A stretch of DNA of 63,341 nucleotides, counting the filler, from Craspedostauros australis (taxonomy: Eukaryota), in NCBI GenBank assembly GCA_030167865.1. It is 6 parts of 6 records of this genome, joined end to end, with 100 filler letters (N's around TTAATTAATTAA, not from the genome) between each part and the next. Parts side by side here need not be neighbours in the genome. Positions count along the whole stretch, not along the records: positions 40,713 to 54,856 come from JALAGF010001930.1; positions 54,957 to 62,048 come from JALAGF010001936.1; 4 more parts are not named here. One strand, written 5' to 3'. How positions within the stretch are numbered: position 1 is the first letter of the stretch; every line of letters starts with the position of its first letter. The notes beneath the pieces are model-generated. The model was not told where the DNA came from. It searched no databases and was given only the letters and a program-made list of their open reading frames with translations. Shown here piece after piece: positions 48,770 through 58,700 of the stretch. The position numbers and the translations under genes are program-made.

Positions 48770-49957
48770 ATGGCGGTCATTTCGAAACCAAGGCACCAGC
48801 TGAGAAGGAAGGGCGGCAGAACGAGCAAGCTGCCTCTGGCGGTTGCCCTGACCGTCTTCGTGGTCTTCGCCTGGTTCTGGTCCGGACCCGCGGAGCCCGT
48901 CCAGGAGGAGGTCCTGCAGTCCAGAAGCGCGCAGGCGCCGCCTTCGGGCACGGGCTTGGTCTCCAGCGGCGTCACGAAGAGACCGCGCACGGCGCACACC
49001 TACACGACGGTGCAACCCATCCAATGCAGCCCCCTGCTGGAGCAGGAGTACCAGACCAACGAGGATTGGGGACAGCTCATGCTGCGGTACACGAAGCCGC
49101 TGCCGCGATTCTGGGTCTCGCTGCACCCGCCGGAGTTCGATCCAGTGCGATGGTCCGTCATGTCGTACGGCAAGTACTACGAGTTCGGCCTCACGGAGGC
49201 CTTCGCCAGCGTGCTGCGCTCCAGCAAGGCGCAGCAACCTCACGTCATCGACGTCGGCGGCAACATCGGCTGGTTCTCCATGTTCTCCATGGCCAACGGC
49301 GCCCGCGTCTACACCTTCGAACCCAACAAGGCCAACCACTACCGCGCCTGTGAGACCATCTGCCTCAACGATTGGGACGACGAGCCGTGCCACGTGCTGG
49401 GACCCATCATGGCGCCCACCACGGCCGCCAAGAACGTGGGGCAGGTCGAGATCTTCCCCATCGGCATCGGCGCCACGAACGACATCCTCACCTTCCGCAT
49501 CGACGAGAAGAATCCCGGCACGTCCAAGATCTCGCACGGCAAAGTCACCGGCAAGAGTGAACTCATGCGAGAGATCCAGGTCATGCCGCTCGATTACCTG
49601 CGCGTCGACATGGGCTGGGATAAGGTCGACATTGACATCCTCAAGGTCGACGTCGAAGGATTGGAGCGCGACGTCTTTCGCGGCGCCGTCGAGCTGCTCA
49701 AGTCGGGGCGCGTCAAGAACATCTTCATGGAAGGCAACGTCGCGAGACATCAGGTCAAGGACTTTCGCGAGACCATCGCGCAGCTCACGGGCGATGGGTA
49801 CAAGCTCTATCGCCTGGGCGGCTTCGAAGGGCCGTCGGGCGAGTACGTCGCGCCGGAAGGTGTCGACGCCACGGAGGGGATCGTTCAGAAGTGCAGCACG
49901 AGCGCGCGCGGCAAGCATCGGAATCAGTGCAATATTTGGTGGAAGCTGGATAAGTGA
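48770..49957 (+). CDS. FkbM-family (Methyltransf_21) methyltransferase with N-terminal membrane anchor
   Basis: VIDVGGNIGWFS, VYTFEPN and IDILKVDVEGLE motifs; N-terminal TM LPLAVALTVFVVFAWFW. Confidence 0.92.
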   Translation: MAVISKPRHQLRRKGGRTSKLPLAVALTVFVVFAWFWSGPAEPVQEEVLQSRSAQAPPSGTGLVSSGVTKRPRTAHTYTTVQPIQCSPLLEQEYQTNEDWGQLMLRYTKPLPRFWVSLHPPEFDPVRWSVMSYGKYYEFGLTEAFASVLRSSKAQQPHVIDVGGNIGWFSMFSMANGARVYTFEPNKANHYRACETICLNDWDDEPCHVLGPIMAPTTAAKNVGQVEIFPIGIGATNDILTFRIDEKNPGTSKISHGKVTGKSELMREIQVMPLDYLRVDMGWDKVDIDILKVDVEGLERDVFRGAVELLKSGRVKNIFMEGNVARHQVKDFRETIAQLTGDGYKLYRLGGFEGPSGEYVAPEGVDATEGIVQKCSTSARGKHRNQCNIWWKLDK

Positions 49958-50527
49958 GAGCAACAGGAGCGGCGGCAGGAATGGGCAACCGATTGTTATC
50001 AAATCTCCGTCGTGCAGATGGCGGCAGACGAAACGATATATCCACTCATTGCATCGCATTGCATCGCCATTCGGAATAAGCAAAAGCAACAAAATCAAGT
50101 CGATCGACACCTGCGGATATTTGTGTTTGTGATTGTGTTCGCGCTTGCATTGATTCACCGCATCTTTGCTTTAGAAGGGGGGATGGTCATTGTGCCGTTC
50201 AGCATCTTGCTGTTACATATTACGCCATGTCTCTCTCCTCCGATGACGCCGACCTGCGATCTTCACTTCATCTTCTCGTCAAAATCATCGCGATGCGTCA
50301 TCCATCACCTCATTCGTCTGGCATTCCATCCGTCGAAAACTTCAACCAAAACCAACAACTGCGTTCCGATCCACGATCCTCACATTTTGCAAAGACATCA
50401 ATTGGATGAGTGATGTTACCACACACCTTCCAGATTCACTCTGTCCCATCAACACACCAAGTGTCATATAATAGTTGCTCCAGACGGATACGTGCTGTAA
50501 CGCAAACCCAATCCAAGCAAAGGCAAC

Positions 50528-52075
50528 ATGACAGAGGTGAAGACATCATCGGCCGGCGGTCAGGAGCTGTTCGCAACAAAGGACTACGCCGTGGGCGATA
50601 TCATTGTCGAGGAAGAGCCAATATTGCGAGTGGCCCCATCCACATCGGATGAGGTGGAGGAGCTGCTGAATCGATGGAATGAATCCAAGGTCGCATCGGC
50701 CAAGTCGTCGACCAAGGCGTTGGATGCTTTGCTGCAGAAGATCGAGCCACCTGCTGATGTGGCGACGCAGGCTGGAGACAAATTCCGATTCATGGTGCAG
50801 GTTGGCGTGTGCAGTCTGGTGAATGCCGGGATCGATGGGGAGGTGTACGATCGCGTGTCGCAGCTGTATCATCCGTCCTTCGAAGTAGCTGACACTGCGC
50901 ACAAGATCACACCGCAGGAACAGAGTCTGGTAGATCTCTCGGGGCAAGTCATCACGTACATGAAGGATCATTTTGCGCAACAAGCCGACAGCATCGATGG
51001 CGAGAAGAAGGATGCCGTTCCCACTGATGACCAATGGAAACGCATCCGAACGATCATGCTGGTCTGGGCTTGCAACGCCTTCGACGGCGGCAGGATCTAC
51101 GACACCATCTCGCGCATCAACCACGCCTGCAATCCCAACGCGGTCATCGTGGCGACGGGCAATCGGCAAAAGGTCGTAGCGGCGGCGCCCGTTGCCTCCG
51201 GCGATGCCATCACCATCAGCTACCTCGGCATGATGCTGTATTCGGATACGGCCACGCGCCGGCAGCAACTGCGTGCGACCAAGTACTTTGAATGCGGTTG
51301 TGATCGATGCTCGTCGCCGGATGACGATATGGCCGATCAGATTCCGTGTCCGTCGGCACATCCGCGGCCATCGTCCCATCTGTTGGACGAAGACGTGCAG
51401 TACGATGATGAGCAGACGGTGCAGTACGTTGTGGCAGGCACGGCGTATGCCAATGGCGATGTTGCCAAGCTGCAGGCGATGGGCAAATCGGTGGCAGCAA
51501 AGATCGCGAAGTATCTGGAGCAGTACAATCCGGGCCTCGGCCTCACGCAGGGCAAGGATGCAGACAGCGACAACAACAGCAACAACGACGATGAAGTTTT
51601 GGAAGAGTACCTGAGCCTGGCCAACAGCACGATGGGCGACAGGCACTGGACGACGAACCTCCTGCGACTGCTGCATGTCAACCAGCACTTGTCGCAGCTG
51701 TCGCAAATGATGCTGACGACGCAGGAGCTGCCGGAGATGGAGGACATTGCCGAGATCATTGACAGCGTCGAGCGCATCTGCCGTTTCGTCAGTGGCATGA
51801 AATTGAAGCTGCACATGGGACACTTGCTGTCGGATGTTATCATCGGCGTGGCGAGGATGCTCGTGTCGTTGGGCGACGTCAAGAGCCAGAAGTACGGCGC
51901 CGAATGGCTGAGGCGCATCGATGATGGAGAGCATTCGTACGTTGAGCACTTCGAAACGGATGGGCGGCAGAAGGTCGTTCAAACGCTGAAGGATGCCTGG
52001 AAGAAGCACCATGGTGCCGATGCCACACAAGATGGCGACGATGGACGTGATGCCAAGCGCGTCAAGACTTCGTAA
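50528..52075 (+). CDS. SET-domain (SMYD-like) lysine methyltransferase
   Basis: GQELFATKD...GDIIVEEEP, SRINHACNPN, ITISY and post-SET CGCDRC. Confidence 0.92.
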   Translation: MTEVKTSSAGGQELFATKDYAVGDIIVEEEPILRVAPSTSDEVEELLNRWNESKVASAKSSTKALDALLQKIEPPADVATQAGDKFRFMVQVGVCSLVNAGIDGEVYDRVSQLYHPSFEVADTAHKITPQEQSLVDLSGQVITYMKDHFAQQADSIDGEKKDAVPTDDQWKRIRTIMLVWACNAFDGGRIYDTISRINHACNPNAVIVATGNRQKVVAAAPVASGDAITISYLGMMLYSDTATRRQQLRATKYFECGCDRCSSPDDDMADQIPCPSAHPRPSSHLLDEDVQYDDEQTVQYVVAGTAYANGDVAKLQAMGKSVAAKIAKYLEQYNPGLGLTQGKDADSDNNSNNDDEVLEEYLSLANSTMGDRHWTTNLLRLLHVNQHLSQLSQMMLTTQELPEMEDIAEIIDSVERICRFVSGMKLKLHMGHLLSDVIIGVARMLVSLGDVKSQKYGAEWLRRIDDGEHSYVEHFETDGRQKVVQTLKDAWKKHHGADATQDGDDGRDAKRVKTS

Positions 52076-52980
52076 GGGTGAACAACCGACGGGCTGCACT
52101 GAGCTCCCGTCTCTCTCTAGAAAGAGCAATTGGAGTATCACAGATGTGCCAGAGTGAGTGCGTTGGCAGACTTCGAAGCATGCCAAGGAATGGAATGGGA
52201 CACCCTGATTGATCCCGCCATCGTACGACTAGTCTTGAGCAAATGCAAACGAGAATGTGAACACAATCATGAGTGTTTTGCGATTCTGACGTTTTTCTGC
52301 GAAAGTGGTCGAATTGACAGAATGTCGGTGAAGCAGACTGCTTCTAGATTTATTGGCGTAGTTGCGTGATGAGTAGTTTGTGAACAGAAATGTCAAACCT
52401 GCGTTGGTTGTTGATTCACGGGTCTTGTGAGCGACAGACGACAATGGTTCACGCTGAGACACGTTCTGGACGAGGGGATTTATCACTTCACGACCATCAA
52501 CGAACGCTTTGGGCGCACACGAAACGAACACAACTCAACGGCATCACACTTTTTTGTTTTTTGCCGTTGTCTTCATCCTTCTTTCGAACGCTGGTTGTGT
52601 CGAGTTGACACGCGATGTGTTGGACTGCGCGAAGAGAAGGGAAGGGAAGAGGTGGTGTTTGCGAAGTTGTGATGATGTCTCTGTCGACGCAACCCCACCG
52701 ATCCACAAGCAATGAGCTCAAGAGCATTGACACTCTCGCACATCGATGATTCCATCACTCTCATTTCACAGGTAGACATAGACACACAGACGCACAGGCA
52801 CACACATTTCTGTAACCATCATCCCTTGGACGAAGCACCATCAAGCATCATTCTTCGAGTACAGGGTGACTGTCAGCATTGGACCGTGTCCTTTTGCATC
52901 ACAATTGCATCGCATTGTATCACATCCACCACAAACCACGTGAAGACCTGGACACTATCAGTACTCGTACAACCCACAAG

Positions 52981-53604
52981 ATGAACCAGGTGCACAGCCA
53001 CCGACGCTATTCGCACAACAATGCGAATGGCCATGATCATGACTATAATGGCGCAAGTGATGATGCTATCATTGGTAGAGAGTACAATGATCGCCATCTC
53101 GGCGACATGATCAAATCCACTAGATGCCTCGCGGCCATCTCCAGCCAGAAGTACAGAAGGCAGACGCAAGGCGCCAACCGCATCCAGCACAACTGCGATC
53201 GTCGAATGGCGAAATCGGCATTGAACAATGCCCTGCATTCCATGACCGACAGCAATCCCAACAGGCGGCGACAGCAAATGAGACGAATGCCCGAGAACGA
53301 CGGCCAATGCGACAACGACTACATGAATGCATCGCAATCATCTCGTTCCATCATCTCGCAGGCGACGATCCAGATGCAGCAGGAGACCCGCCATTCCATG
53401 CGCAATCTGAAGGCGTCATCGACACGATCGTTGCTGGACCGACGTGCGTTGGTACCGCAGCGTCGCTCCAAGTCGTTCCGCATTCGTTCGACGCCTGGCA
53501 TGGAGGACAAGCTGCTGCGATCCTCGCACGATACGGATCAGCTGCTCAAGGTCATGTTCGATATCGATCATGGCAATTCGAGGATTCGGAGGCGTTGCCA
53601 TTGA
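52981..53604 (+). CDS. Hypothetical basic/disordered protein
   Basis: 207-aa ATG ORF after a CA-rich leader; no domain recognised. Confidence 0.5.
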   Translation: MNQVHSHRRYSHNNANGHDHDYNGASDDAIIGREYNDRHLGDMIKSTRCLAAISSQKYRRQTQGANRIQHNCDRRMAKSALNNALHSMTDSNPNRRRQQMRRMPENDGQCDNDYMNASQSSRSIISQATIQMQQETRHSMRNLKASSTRSLLDRRALVPQRRSKSFRIRSTPGMEDKLLRSSHDTDQLLKVMFDIDHGNSRIRRRCH

Positions 53605-54856
53605 TCACGTTGGCGACGTTTGGCAGCACGGGGCGTGCCAGTCGGTATCGCTCAGGGAAATGGGCGAGCCAAATAATGCCGCACTATTGGATTGGCATCC
53701 TGCAATCATCGGGTTGTGGTTCGGGCTGCTATCGTGATGGATACCATCACATTCACAATATATCCATGCCTCATCGTGCCCATGGAGTGCGGGTGCATCC
53801 TTCACACAGAGCACATCGTACGAATAGAATACGTACGAATAGTCGCATCAGGACGGTGCATACTTGGGAGCCACAGAGACAGACGACCGGGAGGATAATG
53901 CCTGACCAGGCAAGGGGAAACGCAACACAAGGGGCAAGGATGCCGCTGATCAAGAGCGGTAGAGCACCAGCAGGCATACTAAATTTGAATCGTCACGGAA
54001 TGCGGGTACACGCTCAATGTAACAGGAGGAGAGAATCTGCATCGATTTTTGCTTATCGCCATTCACGCACGTAGCGTGAAAGAGACTGTGACATGTCGAC
54101 ATATCTTGGCAAGGACTCTATTCTTGTCTTTTTGGTACATACCAACATGAATAGTCTGCATGTGTTTGTTCCGCTGTGCCACGCCGCAGCCTCTCTCTCT
54201 AGATACTAGAAAGCATGGTGGTCCAAGCCAACGGACTAACTCAGTGTCTGCATATTTGACTCGAAGTGATCGCAAGTGTCAAACAACAACCCCATTTCTC
54301 GGGCGGCGGACAGTTGCCACAGTGTTGGGAGAAACTGAGATGTCGCGGCTCAAGACATTCGCCCAACGCCAGAACCGGTCTCTTGGTTCCGCGGACAACA
54401 CGCTCGAGGCGCTTTGCTTCACAAACGCGTTTTGCGGATGGCAAGGATAAACCCTTTGGTCCCATGTTTGGCAACGTGTGACACAACACAAAACATGTGG
54501 AACGAAATTGACGTCCACATCGACGGCGAAAGAAGCCATGGCCTCAATGTTTCTCATCGTGCCAAGTGTCGTGGCTGGGATTAGAGGGGTTCGAGTGGCC
54601 CCAGAACTTGGGTACTGGGACACGCCGGGCTGTCCGAATTCCAGGGGGAGCCCCGCTATTGAAACTTGTCTGGACGCAATGGAGACAGCCACTTTCGTGA
54701 GGATTTAGGTCTTTGCAATGCCCATGTGACGTCACGATTCGCTTTCTTCCTTCCCTTTTTCCCGCACTGTTGCGTCAAACTGTTTGTTTCCTCATGGTAC
54801 CAACATGGTTTTTCGCATTTTTGCCCAATCTGAACCAAAATGATTGATTCGATTGT

Positions 54857-54956
54857 NNNNNNNNNNNNNNNNNNNNNNNNNNNNNNNNNNNNNNNNNNNN
54901 TTAATTAATTAANNNNNNNNNNNNNNNNNNNNNNNNNNNNNNNNNNNNNNNNNNNN
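54857..54956. other. Artificial contig-joining spacer
   Basis: N44-TTAATTAATTAA-N44. Confidence 0.97.
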
Positions 54957-55370
54957 TGCAAGTGCATTGCTTCCTTCTGTCATCTGTTGCTGCAACCAAT
55001 CAGATTGTAGCTCTTAAGAAGACCGAATTGGCTCTTCCTCATCCAGGATCGGAAGATTCAGGTCAGATCTCCAAAGAGAGAGGATATGCATCAGCTGCTT
55101 CACAGGAGCAGTTGCTGTCATGTTTGATCCCACCAAAGGACGGCTTATCCCATGGCGCTGCATGCTTGACTTTTCTAACACTCCTCAAGCTGGAGGACCT
55201 TTCACCATATTTTCAAATCGATTGTAATTGACAACCTATTGCAATTACTCTACAGTTTACATCTATCAAGTTCACTTTGCCCTGCCTGGTTCTCAACAAC
55301 AAGCGGCCTCAAGCCGGTTGAGAACAGGCCATCTCAGGGAACGTGTCCCCAAAAAGACACGAAACATTCA
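54957..55370 (+). repeat. 5' LTR of copia element (5' part possibly cut by contig start)
   Basis: 414 bp apparently identical to 62149-62562; ends ...ACATTCA immediately before a PBS. Confidence 0.9.
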
Positions 55371-55371
55371 C

Positions 55372-55389
55372 TGGTAGCTGCGAGTGGTT
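55372..55389 (+). promoter_or_regulatory. Primer binding site, probably initiator tRNA-Met
   Basis: TGGTAGCTGCGAGTGGTT 1 nt after the LTR. Its complement AACCACTCGCAGCT-A-CCA looks like a tRNA 3' end with U72 (A1:U72 is an initiator hallmark). Confidence 0.8.
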
Positions 55390-55704
55390 GCCATCTTCCA
55401 CCAACCCCCAACAACGAAATCAACACTTCCTCTGCCAAACGAAGCGCAACATTCCGAAAGGGAATCCGATTCAAGCCATCCGAGCCCAAGCTCGATAGCA
55501 ATCCGGACCCAAGTCCGACTGGCATGAGACTGAGCCAAAGCCAGCCTCACACTCGATCCGCTTGCTAAAGCAAGCCAAGCTACCGCGCCCGCAAACCGGG
55601 CGAAGCACCTGACCAACCATCCCCTCTCAGTGCACACCTTCCAAACGAAGTGAGACGGGATACCGCAGTTCAGGACCAAAAAGAAACCAAGACAAGAGCC
55701 AACC

Positions 55705-58700
55705 ATGGACGGAGACGAGGACACCTCGGGCATTCGACGGCTCCAAGACCAAATCCTCGACCTTTCCGCTGTCATTGCACAAGTGCAAGCCGGCTTGAAC
55801 GAGTCGAGGGCCGCCGCAAACGCGGCAGCGGCCGAGGCGACAGCAGCAACTGCCACCGCCCAGGCCGCGGCATCGGCCACTGCAGCAGCAAGAGCAGCAG
55901 CGCCAGAAGCCACACCAGAAGATCTCAACCGAGCCGCAGAAGCGGCAGAAGCCACCCGAATTGCGGTGGAAGCAGCTTTGGGCGCGGCCGCAGCCCAAGC
56001 AGCAGCCAACCAAGCACCAGAAGGTGCCGACCCTGAAGACTCCTCCGAGCTGACCTTCATGAACGACCCACCAAGCCTCGACATAGGCGGTGGCGACGCA
56101 GGAGGTAACGGAGGCCTCGACGCAGGAGGTGGTGGAGCTCCAGACGGATCCACATCCTCCGACGACTCATCCGATGATGGGAAGCCAACCAAACCCATCA
56201 TGGGAGGTCTCTTCAAAATCGGAAAGCATTGGACCCCGTGGACCGGAGGTGAACCCAACGTCACCTGGACTGGCCTCGCCGACACGACCGTTGTCAAGCA
56301 ACGAGGCTCCGGTCAACTCCGCATCCTCCACAACGGCAGCGAAAGCAAGAACCAAGTCGAAAGAGAGAAGGGACTTCGGCCTAGATTCGCGCCCGGAGGT
56401 AACATCCAGCGCTTCATTCGCCTGATCCGAGACCACATGACTGCAAGAGGCATGAGCGCCATGTCGTACATGCGTGACACCTCCAACCCCTCGCGCATGA
56501 TTTGTGTGCTGGATTCTCCATCAGCCTTCAACGCCACTCAGGCGATGGCTCACCACGAGAAGTACAGCAAGAAGTGGGACGACTACGACAGAGAAAACAA
56601 CGACTCTGCATCTCGTTTTCTTCGCGACAGTCTCGACCCTGACCTCGAAGACCGCCTCATGAACAAGATTCAGCCCAAGTACCAGCAAGACTTCAACGTC
56701 ATCTTCTGCGAACTCATCAACGCAGTGACGTCAGACGCGCTGAACAAGTACGCCCGCCTTCGCGATGAAATCCGCACGCTCACACCACAGAGCTTTGCCG
56801 GAGAGAACATCCAAGCGATGGCCGACAAGCTTCGCGTTCTGTGCAAGGAGCTCGATGACGCCAACAAGTTTGAGTTCTCTCTCCTTCGCGACATGATCGA
56901 CAACTTCTACTCCGCCGGAGGACGCACGAGCTCTGGAGAGCGCTACCGCCATCGCATCCTTGGCATCAGCGACAAGCTCTTCAAAATCGTGGAGGACATC
57001 CCTTTCGCCACCTACGAGAACGCCCAACGTCGTCTCGTGTCCGAGAAGCTCACCTGGTGGGACATCTGCAACACCGCAGAAGGCGCCTATCGTAATGAGG
57101 TTCAAGGAAACAAGTGGCACACCAACCGCACCTCTCGTGATCGCAACGTGCCCAAGCACTACGCTAACCACTCCACAACCGAGAAGCAGGCCAACATGCT
57201 AGAGCAGAACAAGCACTCCAAGAGCAAGAACGCAAAGGGCAAGCCATCCGCCAAGAACTCCGGAAGGAATTCCTCTCGAAGACAAGGCCCTTGGATAACC
57301 ACTCCACCAAAGCAAGGCGAACCGCAACACAAGCTCGTGAACAACAAAACGTTCATGTGGTGCGCAAAATGCCGTCACTGGCGCATCTCCCACAACACAG
57401 CAAGCCATGTTGACAACTTCCAACCAAAGTCGAAGAAACAGGACCTCGAGATCGACTACGCTGCATGGACGTGCCGAACCTCCTACTCCTCTAAGGATGA
57501 GGCTACCTGGTGGTCCATGGTTTGGAACCTGATGACATCCTTCGACTTCGCTGGGTGTTTGACTGGGTCTGTCCTCCTCTTTGCCTCTCTTCAAATCGCC
57601 ATCTTGGGAATCGACTATGGCTGGTACGTTGCATCCGCAACTACTTGGATGGTCATTTCTCTTTCTCTTCTCACGCTCCATCTCAACGTCCCGCGAAGAC
57701 CCCAACCAGCTCCTAAGCTCCGAACTCGCAACAGCCGAAGGTGGAAACGACACAAGCCAACGCGTAACCGAAATGCGTATTACAACCAACCAGTCAAGCC
57801 AAAAGACAGTCTCTACGATCAACTGTTCGGCAACGGTGACTTCAAGCGATTCCTCAAGAACAACCGTCGTTGCGAGCGAAACACAAAATCCTTCACACGA
57901 AACCAAGTGTACGGTTGTGTTAATCAGCGGGATGGATGTGAGTCAAAGTTCGCCACCAAACACAAATATCACCCGAGCCGGCATCGCCCACCTTCGCGTC
58001 CCAATCGTCACGAACATCCATGGGATTTAATTGCTCCAGCCCACGAATACGCCAACAAAAATGTCAACGGGTCTGAACCGAAAATTAATTCTACCTCAAC
58101 CACAGGAGCGAATCAGACCACGTCTCACATACCGGAAAAACTCAACTTCGCGTACAAACTAATCACAACCACCTTCGGACTTCACAACGTCTTTGCCTCA
58201 CCAACCAAGGCAGAGCAATCCCTGGCCAATGACGCTCCTTTCGAGGTCGTTTGGGATAGTGGAGCTTCCATCAGCATTACCAACGATAAACGCGATTTTG
58301 TGGGCAAGACCAAGGCACCAGCTCGTACGACGTTCTTGAGCGGTTTTCTCAACCGCACCAAGGTCAACATCTTGGGTACCGTCAACTGGACCATCCTGGA
58401 CACGACAGGACAACCTCGCACGCTCTGCCTTCCAGCCTTCTACGTACCCGGATCCTCCACCCGACTTCTCAGCACCACCAGCTTGCTCAAGACCTACCCA
58501 GGAGAGACCTTCACGCTCATGGAAGACTCCTGCAGGCTAAGCGGAATCCAAGGTGACCCTAAAAAGGGATCAATTTTGGTACATCACAAGCCGTCGAGCA
58601 ATTTGCCTACATCCATCGCATATAGACTTCAAGACATCCAAGACCTACCCTCAGCGCTAACATCCGTCGTCACACAAGTCGCCACTCACAACACTAACCT

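Noticed and set aside
50546..52186. Long antisense ORFs (also 48638-50158, 44480-45433, 31694-32539, 22952-23950, 55368-56297)
   Set aside because: Shadows of GC3-biased or repetitive genes on the opposite strand; no motifs.
53885..53925. TPP-riboswitch-like GGATAATGCC
   Set aside because: Lacks the CTGAGA and ACCTGA core elements; no thiamine gene adjacent.
54447..54856. piggyBac-like end (CCCTTT) near the contig end
   Set aside because: Preceded by TAAA rather than TTAA, with no second copy or partner terminus in the window.
54962..55231. Duplicated 89-aa ORF (also 62154-62423)
   Set aside because: Non-ATG start within the LTR; the duplication reflects LTR identity.
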